Assembly (NCBI GenBank): GCA_963707915.1
Contig: OY970178.1
Coordinates: 1,408,001 to 1,472,000, forward strand
Source: Candidatus Eiseniibacteriota bacterium
Lineage (GTDB): Bacteria > Eisenbacteria > RBG-16-71-46
Length of the DNA: 64,000 nt
Direction of reading: 5' to 3'
In this document: in pieces, positions 9,082 through 23,252 of the stretch
Layout of the letters: each line of letters begins with the position of its first letter
Position numbering within the stretch: the stretch's first letter is position 1
The notes under the pieces: generated by a model
The model's input: the letters and a program-made list of their open reading frames with translations, nothing else
The model's database searches: none
What the model was told of the DNA's origin: nothing
Program-made: the position numbers and the translations under genes

Positions 9082-11178
9082 CTAGCCGGCGCTCGCTCCT
9101 GCCTCCTTCTCGGCTCGCGCCGCGGCGATGACCTTCTCGGTCAGCTCGCGCGGCACTTCCTCGTAGTGAGAGAACTTGGCCGAGTGCATGCCCCGGCCCT
9201 GCGTGAGCGAACGCAGATGCGTCGCGTACTTGTAGATCTCCGAGGTCGGCGCCAGGGCCCGGATGACCTGGTGGGCGGCGTCCGACTCGGTGCCGAGGAT
9301 CTTGCCGCGCCGCGAGGAGAGGTCGCCCATCACGTCACCGAGGAACTCCTCGGGCACGCGGACGGCGATCTCCTCGATCGGCTCGAGCAGGATCGGGTTG
9401 GCCTCCAGCATGACCTGGTGGAAGCAGGTCTCGGCGGCGATCTTGAACGCCATCTCCGACGAGTCCACGTCGTGGTGCTTGCCGAAGTAGAGCGCGACCG
9501 CGACGTCCACGACCGGGTAGCCGGCGACCGGGCCCTTCTCCATGCCGGCGATGACGCCCTTCTCGACCGCGGGAATGAACTGGTTGGGCACCACGCCGCC
9601 CTTGACCTCGTCGAGGAAGGCGAAGCCCTCGCTGCGCTTGCGCGGCTCGACCCGCAGGTGCACCTCGCCGAACTGGCCCCGCCCGCCGGTCTGCTTCTTG
9701 TGCCGGTACTCGCCCTTGGCCGTGCCCCGCACGGTCTCGCGGTAGGGCACGCGCGGCCGCTGCAGCAGGACCTCGACACCGAAGCGCTTCTTGAGCCGGT
9801 CCACCATGACGTCGAACTGCAGGTCCCCCATGCCGGTGACGAGCGTCTCCTTGGTGCTGACCTCGTAGGCCCGGCTGAAGGTGGGGTCCTCCTCGTGCAG
9901 GCGGTTGAGCCCCTGCGCCATCTTCTCCTCGTCCCCCTTGCTCTTGGGCCGCACGCACTCCGCGGTCACCGGGGTCGGGAAGTCGGGCGGCGCGAGCAGG
10001 ACCGGCCGCGCCTTGTCGGCCAGCGTGTCGCCGGTGTGCGTCTCGCGCAGCTTCACCGCGGCCACGATGTCGCCGGCCGGCGCGCTCTTGCACTCGAGGC
10101 GCTCCTTGCCCACCAGGTAGTAGAGCGTGCCGGTCTTCTCCGACCGGTTGCGCGTCGTGTTCGCGAGCTCCTTGCCGGCCTCGAGGTGCCCGGAGTAGAC
10201 GCGCACCAGCGAGAGGTCGCCGAGGTGCTGCTCGGAGAGCGTCTTGAACACCATCGTCGCCACCGGCTCGGCCGCGTCCGTCTTGCAGACGACCTCCGCG
10301 CCGTTCGCCGTGCCCTTCACCGGCGCCACGTCGAGCGGCGAGGGCAGCAGGTCCACGACCTCGTCGAGCAGCTCGCGCACGCCCTGGTTGTGGTAGGCCC
10401 CGCAGCAGAACACCGGCGAGAGGTCGCGCTGGACCACGCGCAGCGTGAGGCCCCGGCGGATCTCCTCGACGGTGAGCTCACCGGTCTCGAGGAACTTGTT
10501 CATCAGCCCCTCGTCGCCGGTGGCGGCCTCCTCGAGCAGGTGGGTGCGGGCCGCGGCGACCTCGCTCGCCATGTCGCCGGGGATGGGCGCGGCCTCGCTC
10601 TTCTCCTCCATGCCCTTGCCGGAGAAGGTCCACGCCTTGTTCTCGATCAGGTCCACGATGCCGTGGAAGCTCTCGGCCTGGCCGATCGGGAGCTGGACCG
10701 GCACCGCGTTGATGCCGAGCTTCTCGCGCAGCGAACGCACCGCCGCGCCGAAGTCGGCGTGCTCCTTGTCCATCATGTTGACCGCGACCAGGACCGGGGT
10801 CTTCTCCTGGCGCACCACCTCCCAGACCACCTCGGTGCCCACCTCGACGCCGCTCGCCCCGCGCACCAGGAGGATGGCGGAGTCGGCCACGCGCAGCGCG
10901 CTGTAGACGTCGCCCACGAAGTCGGGGTAGCCCGGGGTGTCGAGCAGGTTGATCTTGTGCCCCTGCCACTCGAACTGCGCCAGCTTGAGGTTGATGGTGA
11001 TCTGGCGCTGGAGCTCGTCGGCGGCGTAGTCGAGCAGCGTGGTCCCGTCCGCGACGCGGCCGAGCCGGGTGGTCGCTTTCGCGTTGAACAGCATCGCCTC
11101 GGCCAGCGACGTCTTGCCGACACCGTGGTGCGAGACCAGAGCGACATTGCGGATCTGAGCGGTGGTGAACTCCTTCAA
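9082..11178 (-). CDS. fusA: Elongation factor G paralog (EF-G2/FusA2 type)
   Basis: IRNV...GKT, DTPGYPDF, HKKQTGGRGQFG, HDVDSSEMAF, LRSLTQGRG. Divergent G motifs and a location outside the str operon indicate the secondary paralog. TTG start. Confidence 0.92.
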   Translation of the reverse strand: MKEFTTAQIRNVALVSHHGVGKTSLAEAMLFNAKATTRLGRVADGTTLLDYAADELQRQITINLKLAQFEWQGHKINLLDTPGYPDFVGDVYSALRVADSAILLVRGASGVEVGTEVVWEVVRQEKTPVLVAVNMMDKEHADFGAAVRSLREKLGINAVPVQLPIGQAESFHGIVDLIENKAWTFSGKGMEEKSEAAPIPGDMASEVAAARTHLLEEAATGDEGLMNKFLETGELTVEEIRRGLTLRVVQRDLSPVFCCGAYHNQGVRELLDEVVDLLPSPLDVAPVKGTANGAEVVCKTDAAEPVATMVFKTLSEQHLGDLSLVRVYSGHLEAGKELANTTRNRSEKTGTLYYLVGKERLECKSAPAGDIVAAVKLRETHTGDTLADKARPVLLAPPDFPTPVTAECVRPKSKGDEEKMAQGLNRLHEEDPTFSRAYEVSTKETLVTGMGDLQFDVMVDRLKKRFGVEVLLQRPRVPYRETVRGTAKGEYRHKKQTGGRGQFGEVHLRVEPRKRSEGFAFLDEVKGGVVPNQFIPAVEKGVIAGMEKGPVAGYPVVDVAVALYFGKHHDVDSSEMAFKIAAETCFHQVMLEANPILLEPIEEIAVRVPEEFLGDVMGDLSSRRGKILGTESDAAHQVIRALAPTSEIYKYATHLRSLTQGRGMHSAKFSHYEEVPRELTEKVIAAARAEKEAGASAG

Positions 11179-11324
11179 ACGACACCTCCCCGCCAGCGCG
11201 GATCGTGCGGCAATCGTGGGAACTTGCTCGGAGGGAAATGCAAGCCGTGTTGACCGTAAGGCTTTGCGGCGATGGAAACTACCATCCCGTTCGAGAACCG
11301 GTCAAGCGCGCGCGGGCCGCGCGC

Positions 11325-13058
11325 TCAGCGCACCTCGAGCCGGTAGGGCAGGATCGCGAGCGGTTCCCCCGCCGGGAAGCGCTCGACGGTGGCCCACGCC
11401 CGCAGCATCGGCGGCAGCGTGAGCGCCGCGTCGGCCTCGGCATCTCCGCTGGCCAGGCCGTCGACCACGCGCTCGAGGAACGAGCGCCGGACGCGCGGGT
11501 ACAGGTCGACCACCAGTTCCTCGCCCTGCGGGATGCCCGCCCGGGCCCGGGCGGCCTCCAGGGCCGCCTCGAGGCCGCCCAGCCGGTCCACCAGGCCGCG
11601 CGCCAGCGCCGCCTGCCCGGTCCAGACCCGGCCCTGCGCCACCGAGTCCACCGCGGCCTCCGGGAGCCGCCGCCCGAGGGCCACGCGGGCGACGAAGCCG
11701 CGGTAGAAGCTCTCGAGGTTGCGCTCGAAGAGCGCCGCCTCCTCCGGGGTGAAGTCACGGTAGGGCGAGAGCATCGCCGCGTGACGGCCGCGGGAGACCA
11801 TCTCGACGTTCAGGCCGAGCTTGCGGTACAGGCCGAGGATGTTGAACTTCCCGCCGTAGATGCCGATCGAGCCCGTGACGGTCGCGGGCGAGGCCAGGAT
11901 GCTGTCGGCCGCGACGGCGAAGTAGTAGCCGCCCGAGGCGGCCACGTCGGACATGCTCACGATGACGGGCTTGACCACCCGGCAGCGCTGGACCTCGCGC
12001 CAGATGTCGTCCGACGGGCCGGTCATCCCGCCCGGGCTGTCGATCCGCAGCACGATCGCCCGGATGGCCTTGCGCGTGCGGGCCTGCCGCAGCGCCTCGA
12101 CCACCGTCTCCGAGCCCAGGTCGGCGTCCTGCCCCGGCAGCTGCCGGCTGTGGCCGTCCACGATCGCCCCCTCGGCGACCACCAGCGCCACGCGGCTCCC
12201 GCGCGAGGGCTCCGGCAGCCCGGCGAGGTAGCGGGCGAAGGTCACGGCGGGCAGCCGCCGGCCGCCGCGGCGCAGCGCGAGCGTGTCCACCTCGGTGTCG
12301 TAGAGCAGGGTGTCGAGCAGGCCGCGACGACGGGCCTCCACCGCGGAGAACGGGCCCTCATCGATCAGCCGGGCCACCGAGGCGCGCGCCAGGTGGCGCG
12401 CGCTGCCCACGCTGTCGAGCAGCGCCCCGAAGAGGCCGTCCAGCAGGGCGTCGAGGTCCGCGCGCGCCTCGGGCGACATGCCGGTGCGCATGTAGGGCTC
12501 GGTGCCGGACTTGAAGCGGCCGACATGGACGAAGTTCGGGCTCACGCCGAACTTGTCGAACGCGCCCCGGAAGTAGGTCGCGGTGGCCACCAGGCCGTCG
12601 AACTGCAGCTCGGCGGTGGGGGCCATGGCGACCTTGCCCGCGGCCGTGGCCAGCAGGTACTCGCGGTCTCCTCCGCCGGTGATGCTGGCGTACACCGGCT
12701 TGCCGGTCTGCCGGAAGCGCGTCACCGCGTCGCGCACCTCGCCGATCTTCGCCCAGCCCCAGTCCAGCGAGCCGATGTGCAGGACGAGCCCGCTCACCTG
12801 GTCGTCGTCCGCCGCGTGGCGCAGGGCGCGCAGCACGTCGTAGGTGGTGTAGCGGGCGCGCCGGCGCGGGCCCAGGAACAGCGAGCGCGCCGGGGGCGGC
12901 CCTTCCGAGAGCGTCGCGGGGACGTCGAAGACCAGGACCGCCGGCGCGGAGAGCCGCGAGGCCGCCGAGTGGCGCAGGTTCAGGGCCACCAGGAGTACCA
13001 CGAAGCCGAGCAGCGCTCCGGCGAGCACGAACGCGATGACGCCGCGGCGGGTGGACAT
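11325..13058 (-). CDS. sppA: Signal peptide peptidase SppA (long, 67K type)
   Basis: N-terminal TM; GRFKSGTEP (Lys), LRIDSPGG, SMSDVAASGGY (Ser), TGSIG, AQGRVWTG. Confidence 0.93.
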   Translation of the reverse strand: MSTRRGVIAFVLAGALLGFVVLLVALNLRHSAASRLSAPAVLVFDVPATLSEGPPPARSLFLGPRRRARYTTYDVLRALRHAADDDQVSGLVLHIGSLDWGWAKIGEVRDAVTRFRQTGKPVYASITGGGDREYLLATAAGKVAMAPTAELQFDGLVATATYFRGAFDKFGVSPNFVHVGRFKSGTEPYMRTGMSPEARADLDALLDGLFGALLDSVGSARHLARASVARLIDEGPFSAVEARRRGLLDTLLYDTEVDTLALRRGGRRLPAVTFARYLAGLPEPSRGSRVALVVAEGAIVDGHSRQLPGQDADLGSETVVEALRQARTRKAIRAIVLRIDSPGGMTGPSDDIWREVQRCRVVKPVIVSMSDVAASGGYYFAVAADSILASPATVTGSIGIYGGKFNILGLYRKLGLNVEMVSRGRHAAMLSPYRDFTPEEAALFERNLESFYRGFVARVALGRRLPEAAVDSVAQGRVWTGQAALARGLVDRLGGLEAALEAARARAGIPQGEELVVDLYPRVRRSFLERVVDGLASGDAEADAALTLPPMLRAWATVERFPAGEPLAILPYRLEVR

Positions 13059-13183
13059 GGAGGCTGCCTCCGGAGAACGGGGATGGTGGACGGTCCGCAG
13101 AGTCTACGCAGGTCCGCGAGGAAGTAAAGGCCGCACCGGTCGGCGGCGCGGCCGCGCGGCGCCGCGCCGGGTGCGCGGGCGCT

Positions 13184-13828
13184 CTACCGCTCCCGGGGGC
13201 CGGGCCCCATGGCGCGGTGCGTCAGGCGGCGCGCGGCGAGCGTCAGCCGCAGGCTGGTCTCGTACTGCCCGTCACGGAACGCCCGCGACGCCTCCTCCTG
13301 CAGGACGGCGGCGCGGGCCAGCGCATCGCCCACCGGGGGGCCGAGGACGCGACCGCGCCTCGCCGGCCCCGGCGGTCCGCCCCTCGCCGGCCCCGGCGGC
13401 CTGCGCCATGCGAGCCCCGGCGGCTCGTTCGCGCGCGCGAGCACCTCGTCCGTGCGGCGCAGGGCGCGCTCGGTGAACTGCTGGGCGGTCTCCTCCATGC
13501 CGCACAGCCGCAGCGCGCGCAGGCACCGCTCGCGCGCGCCCATCGTCATCTGCAGGGCGCCGAGGTAGCGTCCCGCTTCTTCCGCGCGCCGGGCACGCTC
13601 CTGCATCTCGACGGCCGCGCGCAGCAGCGCCCGCGCCCGAGCGTCCCGGCACTCCGCGACGCGCGGCCCGGAGCGCTCCAGCAGCTCGCCCGTGCGGTCC
13701 CACTGATCGCGCAGGCGCTCCCGCCCCGGCAGGCCGCGCTCCGGCGCCGGGCCCTGCGACCACCCCGTCGCGGGGCACAGCGCGAGCACCGTCAGCGCGA
13801 TCAGGAACGGCCGCATCCGCAAACGCAT
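13184..13828 (-). CDS. Hypothetical exported helical protein with internal duplication
   Basis: GGAGG RBS before ATG at 13828; signal peptide MRLRMRPFLIALTVLALCPATGWS; two similar helical segments. Confidence 0.6.
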   Translation of the reverse strand: MRLRMRPFLIALTVLALCPATGWSQGPAPERGLPGRERLRDQWDRTGELLERSGPRVAECRDARARALLRAAVEMQERARRAEEAGRYLGALQMTMGARERCLRALRLCGMEETAQQFTERALRRTDEVLARANEPPGLAWRRPPGPARGGPPGPARRGRVLGPPVGDALARAAVLQEEASRAFRDGQYETSLRLTLAARRLTHRAMGPGPRER

Positions 13829-14143
13829 CGTCGCATCCCCCTCCGGGACCGCTCCCGGCACACTGCCGGCGCGCCCATGCCGCACTCCGAGCTGACGCAG
13901 CCCGCGTGCCGGACCGACCCGGCGGAGTCGACCACGAACATCCCGTTGCGCGCAAACAGCTTGGTGAGCGAACCGGGATGTCCGCGTCCGCCGGACCGCC
14001 GCCCGACCGGCCCGCGCGGTACGCCCCGGAGCCCCGGGTGCCCGGGACCGGCCACCCCGCCGGCCCGGGAGCGCCCGCGGCCGCCGTGGTCGGCCGCCCT
14101 CCAGGGCGGGCGTGGAGGCCATCCGCCCTGGCCTGGGCACACA

Positions 14144-16025
14144 ATCGGGTAGGCGGGGTCGTTACCGGCCCCGCCTCCCACACCACCGTACGTGCCGTTC
14201 GGCATACGGCGGTTCAAGCTGAGCGCGCAAGGCGCCGGTGTTCCTCGACGAAGCTCACGAGACCAAGTTGACGCAGGGTCAGGACCGGAACGGCGGCGTT
14301 CATGTGGCTGGCCCCGGCATTCCACCACGGGCCCCGGCCATTACCAGCACCGAGGCGTGCGTGTTCCGCGGTCAGACCACGGCGGCGAAGTTCGTCGAAC
14401 CGGGTGCGGCCCCGCTTCCACTGCCGCCACAGCACGGCACGCAGTTTCCGCCGCAGCCACTGGTCCAGTTCTTCGAACACGTTGCCGACCTGGCTCAGCC
14501 GGTAGTACGCCGTCCAGCCCCGGATGATGGGGACGAGCGTCGCGATGGTGTCCTTGAGGCGGCGGCCCCGGGCGGCCCGGAACGTGGCTCGTAGCTTGTC
14601 CTTCAGTCGTTGAACCGACCTCCGGGCGACCTTGAGCTTCGCTTCGCGGTCCACCGTGAACGAGTAGCCGAGGAACGTGCGGTCCCACGGCCTCGCCACC
14701 GCGCTCTTGTCCCGGTTCACCTTCAGCCGGAGCCGCTTCGTGAGGAAGCCCTCCAGCGACGCCATTACCCGCTCGCCCGCCGCCTGCGACCGCACGTACA
14801 CGTTGCAGTCGTCGGCATAGCGCACGAAGCGGTGTCCCCGTCGCTCCAGTTCCTTGTCCAGCTCATCGAGCAGGATGTTGGACAGCAGCGGTGACAGCGG
14901 CCCGCCCTGTGGCGTGCCCTCCGTCCGGGGTGACGCGACTCCACCCTCCAGCATCCCGGCCCGCAGATAGCAGCCGATCAGCCGGAGCACCCGCTTGTCC
15001 TTCACCCGCCTCGCCACGAGTCGCATCAGCACGTCGTGGTTCACCGTGTCGAAGAACTTCGCCAGGTCCAGGTCCACCACCCACCGGTAGCCCGCCGCGA
15101 TGTGTTCGCGGGCACGCACGACCGCGTCGTGCGCCCCGCGTCCCGGCCGGAAGCCGAAGCTCGCGTCCGAGAACGTCGGGTCGAAGATGGGGGTAAGCAC
15201 CTGATGCAGCGCCTGTTGGATCATCCGGTCCAGCACCGTCGGGATGCCGAGCATGCGCACGCCGCCGCCGGGCTTCGGGATCTCCACCCGTCGCACCGAT
15301 TGCGGGCGATACGTACCGCCCAGCAGCTCCTGCCGGATGCGCGGCCAGTGCTCGCGGCAGTATGCCCCAAGCGCTTCGACGGTCATCCCGTCCACGCCCG
15401 GCGCACCGCCGTTCGACACCACCCGCGCGTGCGCCACCGCCAGGTTCTCGCGGCGCAGCACTTCGTCGATGAGACTCCGAGCCTCGTCCCCGGCTGCTCC
15501 GCTGCGTGCCGCGTGTGCTTGACGCTCCGGTTCCGGTACCTCGGCGGTTCCGCCGCCTGCCTCCCGGACCGGCTCGGGCTTCCCAGCCCTCGTTCCTGCG
15601 TCTCCTTCACGTCGCGAACCCATCGGTCCGGTTCGGCTCCTCTGGTTCGGCCCTTCGCGGGTGTGCGCCCCGCTACTATGGCCTCGGCTGACTCCTCGCT
15701 CCGTTCGGGGCCGACTGCTCAGCCGAACGTCACCCTTTCGGGCGTGAGGCGAGGTCTCCCCGGGTATGACGCGTGACTTTCGCTCCATCCACCCGTCGCA
15801 TCTACGCCGGCACGTTCCGGATGACTTCGGGCTTCGAGTCTCTTTGCCCTCTCGCCCACCTGCCGTCGCCTCGTATGCGCTTCGTGTTCCTCGGGCCGGA
15901 GCTTTGCCTCGGGCTTCCTTCCCACCCCGCCTCGCGGCGACGCAGTTGCCTCCGGCTAACGGTTCCCGTCATCAGGGTCCGTAGAGGACTTCCACCTCCA
16001 AGTCATCGCGCCCTGCCGGGCGCAC
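14144..16025 (-). mobile_element. Group II intron, bacterial class C (IIC), about 1.88 kb
   Basis: 5' end GTGCGCCCGGCAGGGCGC at 16025; domain V/VI GAACCGCCGTATGCCGAACGGCACGTACGGTGGTGTGGGAGG...CCTACCCGAT ends at 14144; CGC catalytic triad in a short DV; inserted right after a rho-independent terminator, which is the IIC hallmark. Confidence 0.95.
14214..15623 (-). CDS. ltrA: Group II intron reverse transcriptase/maturase (no endonuclease domain)
   Basis: GAPGVDG, RMLGIPTVLDR, FGFRPGR, DLAKFFD, GTPQGGPLSPLLSNI, RYADD, maturase X domain GWTAYY; start codon uncertain. Confidence 0.95.
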   Translation of the reverse strand: MGSRREGDAGTRAGKPEPVREAGGGTAEVPEPERQAHAARSGAAGDEARSLIDEVLRRENLAVAHARVVSNGGAPGVDGMTVEALGAYCREHWPRIRQELLGGTYRPQSVRRVEIPKPGGGVRMLGIPTVLDRMIQQALHQVLTPIFDPTFSDASFGFRPGRGAHDAVVRAREHIAAGYRWVVDLDLAKFFDTVNHDVLMRLVARRVKDKRVLRLIGCYLRAGMLEGGVASPRTEGTPQGGPLSPLLSNILLDELDKELERRGHRFVRYADDCNVYVRSQAAGERVMASLEGFLTKRLRLKVNRDKSAVARPWDRTFLGYSFTVDREAKLKVARRSVQRLKDKLRATFRAARGRRLKDTIATLVPIIRGWTAYYRLSQVGNVFEELDQWLRRKLRAVLWRQWKRGRTRFDELRRRGLTAEHARLGAGNGRGPWWNAGASHMNAAVPVLTLRQLGLVSFVEEHRRLARSA

Positions 16026-16060
16026 AAAGAAGAAGCCCCGGCGCATGGCGCCGGGGCTTC
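16026..16060 (-). terminator. Rho-independent terminator of the rrn operon (also the intron target)
   Basis: GAAGCCCCGGCG-CCATG-CGCCGGGGCTTC hairpin followed by TTCTTT, just after 5S. Confidence 0.9.
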
Positions 16061-16069
16061 GAACAGTAC

Positions 16070-16186
16070 TGGGGCGGCGACCTACTCTCCCACCCGGTCT
16101 CCCGGGCAGTACCATCGGCGCTGGAGGGCTTAACTTCTCTGTTCGGTATGGGAAGAGGTGTGACCCCTCCGCCATTGCCACCCCAA
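16070..16186 (-). rRNA. rrf: 5S rRNA
   Basis: CCCATACCGAACAGAGAAGTTAAGCC...GCCGATGGTACT...GGGAGAGTAGGTCGCCGCC; ends approximate. Confidence 0.96.
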
Positions 16187-16245
16187 TCAGGACGACAACC
16201 AGAACACGAGACGCGGGTACACATGCAGCGCGTTAGTAACATAAA

Positions 16246-19246
<3,001 letters not shown>

Positions 19247-19446
19247 GAAAATATTACTAAGGCGCTACTGTGTTTACCCAGCGTCTCGTATTCGGTTGTC
19301 AAAGATCGATGCACGATCCAGCTGCCGGCGGTGCCGGTGCCGGATCGTGTGCGCCCGCGGCCCGCCCCTTCATCGGGACGGCCGGACGGCGCCAAGATCT
19401 ATCGAGGCCGCCCCGGCTTGCGCCGCGGCCGACCCTCTCTCTGTTC

Positions 19447-19522
19447 TGGTGGAGATAGCGGGGCTCGAACCCGCAGCCTCCGGCTTGCAAAGCCGGCGCT
19501 CTCCCAATTGAGCTATATCCCC
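19447..19522 (-). tRNA. tRNA-Ala(TGC)
   Basis: GGGGATATAGCTCAATTGGGAGAGCGCCGGCTTTGCAAGCCGG...TTCGAG...CTCCACCA in the 16S-23S spacer. Confidence 0.97.
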
Positions 19523-19580
19523 GGAGCATGATCAGCAGACCGTCCCCGGCGCAGCCAGGTCCAGCCGTGGGCCATCAAGT

Positions 19581-19657
<77 letters not shown>

Positions 19658-19910
19658 ACACCTTAGCAACGACTGCCGAGGCGATTCATCGTGAGGCGGC
19701 CCGGGTCACCCCGTCCACCTCGCTCGTGATCGGCCCTCGACGGGCCCGAGCCTGGCCGAGCCTGGCGGGATGAATCGAGCCCGGCCGGCGTACCGGCCAG
19801 GCTCTTCCCAGCCCCAGGATCCAGAAAAGAGAGAATAGCGCGCGAGTCTGAAGAACCCGGGAGGTTCGACCTAGGATGTGCCACCCGGCGAACCGGGCGA
19901 CAGGTCTCCC

Positions 19911-21470
<1,560 letters not shown>

Positions 21471-21609
21471 TGAAAATTCGGAGATCATGCGATGGACCGA
21501 AGCCCACTCGCATGGATCATTAGCAAGGAAATGAAACCGACTCCCACGCCAAGAAGCGCGTGAGGTCGGGACCTCGCACGGGCCTTCAGTAAGTTCGCGC
21601 GCTATTCAA

Positions 21610-21622
21610 TTTTCAAAGAGCG
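21610..21622 (-). promoter_or_regulatory. rrn leader boxA antitermination element
   Basis: CGCTCTTTGAAAA followed by GAATAGCGCGCGA, which is complementary to TCGCGCGCTATTC in the post-16S spacer (processing stem). A second boxA-like GATCTTTGACAA precedes 23S near 19296-19307. Confidence 0.7.
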
Positions 21623-21664
21623 AAGTTATCTACGCGCCTTCTCCAAGGGAAAAGGCGGACGGGG

Positions 21665-21694
21665 AATCTAGCCTTCGGATGGGGTACAAGTCAA
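21665..21694 (-). promoter_or_regulatory. rrn promoter P2 (sigma70-like)
   Basis: TTGACT-N18-TAGATT upstream of the 16S leader. Confidence 0.6.
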
Positions 21695-21735
21695 GTACTA
21701 TCGATTCCGGAGGACATCTTCCCTGCAGCCGTGGC

Positions 21736-21764
21736 AATGTAGCCGACCCAACCACGCTTGTCAA
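21736..21764 (-). promoter_or_regulatory. rrn promoter P1 (sigma70-like)
   Basis: TTGACA-N17-TACATT. Confidence 0.75.
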
Positions 21765-21874
21765 CTGGGGGTCCACCCGGCTTCCCACCGAGCTCAAACG
21801 CCCGGCCAAGCGGTGTCCTGCCAACGGGTTGGCGGCCTCACCGCCGCCCCGGCGGCCGGCTCGTCAGGGCGGAT

Positions 21875-23134
21875 CTAGGGGCGAAAACGCTTCATCCGCC
21901 GCCCCGCGCGCACCACGAACTCCCTCGCCAGGTCGAGCGGGTGCGTCAGCGCGGTCACCTTCTCGCCGTCCACGCTCACCGCGCGCTGCTCGACCAGGCG
22001 CCGCGCCGCGCTCTTCGAATCCGCGATGCCCGCGGCGACGAGGACCTCGACGATCCCCGCGATCGGCGCGTGCCCGAGCGCCTTCGCCAGCTCGGCCGGG
22101 CCGAACTCCTCGAGGTGTTCCGGCGTCTCGCGCCGGCTGAACTGCGCTTCGAAATCACGCTGCGCGACGTCCGCGGCGGCGGCGCCGTGGTAGATGCGAG
22201 CGATGCGGTGCGCGAGCCGCTTCTTGATCGACATCGGGTGGACCGCGGCGTCCGCCAGGTCGCGCTCCACCGCCACGAGCTCGTCCTCGTCAGCGTCGGT
22301 CACGAGCCGCCAGTAGAGGCCCATCACCGCGTCGGGCAGGCTCATCACCTTGCCGTACATGTCGCCGGGCGCGTCCGCGACGCCGACGTAGTTGCCCAGG
22401 CTCTTGCTCATGCGCTGCACGCCGTCGAGCCCCGGCAGCACCGGCAGCGTCATGGCGATCTGCGGCGGCTGGCCGTGGATCTCCTGCAGCACCCGCCCCA
22501 CCAGCAGGTTGAACTTCTGCTCGGTGGCGCCCAGCTCCACGTCCGCGCGGATCGCCACTGAGTCGTAGCCCTGCATGATCGGGTAGAACAGCTCGTGCAG
22601 GCTGATGGGCTGCTGATCGCGCATGCGCTTGGCGAAGTCGTCGCGCTCGAGGATGCGCGCCACCGTGTACTGCGAGGCGAGCCGCATCACGCCCATGAAG
22701 TCCATGACCGAGAACCACTCGCCGTTGCGGTGGACCTCGACGGGGAGGCGCGGCGCCGCCGGCTCCGGGTCGAGCACGCGGAAGAACTGCTCGAGGTAGG
22801 TGCGCGCGTTGGACTCGACCTCGGGCTGCGTCAACTGCGGCCGCACCTTGCTGCGGCCGCTCGGGTCGCCGACCATGCCGGTGTAGTCGCCGACGATGAG
22901 CACGACCTGGTGGCCGAGGTCCTGGAACTGCCGCAGCTTCCGCAGGCCCACGGTGTGGCCCAGGTGGATGTCCGGCGCCGTGGGGTCGAATCCCTGCTTG
23001 ACGCGCAGCGGGCGGCCCTCGCGCGCGCCCAGGCGCAGCCGCTCGAGCAGCGTGCCGGCCTCGGGCAGGATCTCCACCGTGCCGCGGGACAGCAGGGCCA
23101 TCTGGTCGTCGGGGCTCATCGCTCGCGGGCTCAT
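21875..23134 (-). CDS. tyrS: Tyrosine--tRNA ligase
   Basis: [27 protein letters not shown] (KMSKS-like), C-terminal S4 domain. Confidence 0.96.
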   Translation of the reverse strand: MSPRAMSPDDQMALLSRGTVEILPEAGTLLERLRLGAREGRPLRVKQGFDPTAPDIHLGHTVGLRKLRQFQDLGHQVVLIVGDYTGMVGDPSGRSKVRPQLTQPEVESNARTYLEQFFRVLDPEPAAPRLPVEVHRNGEWFSVMDFMGVMRLASQYTVARILERDDFAKRMRDQQPISLHELFYPIMQGYDSVAIRADVELGATEQKFNLLVGRVLQEIHGQPPQIAMTLPVLPGLDGVQRMSKSLGNYVGVADAPGDMYGKVMSLPDAVMGLYWRLVTDADEDELVAVERDLADAAVHPMSIKKRLAHRIARIYHGAAAADVAQRDFEAQFSRRETPEHLEEFGPAELAKALGHAPIAGIVEVLVAAGIADSKSAARRLVEQRAVSVDGEKVTALTHPLDLAREFVVRAGRRMKRFRP

Positions 23135-23252
23135 GGGTTCTCCTTGGCGTTCGTCGGCATCTCGGCGCGGATTCTAGAGTGGCCACCGCGCGGCGGCAAC
23201 CGGCGCCGCGCCGCGTTGCAGGACGGTGCCAAGCGTTCTAGGCTCCCGGGCC

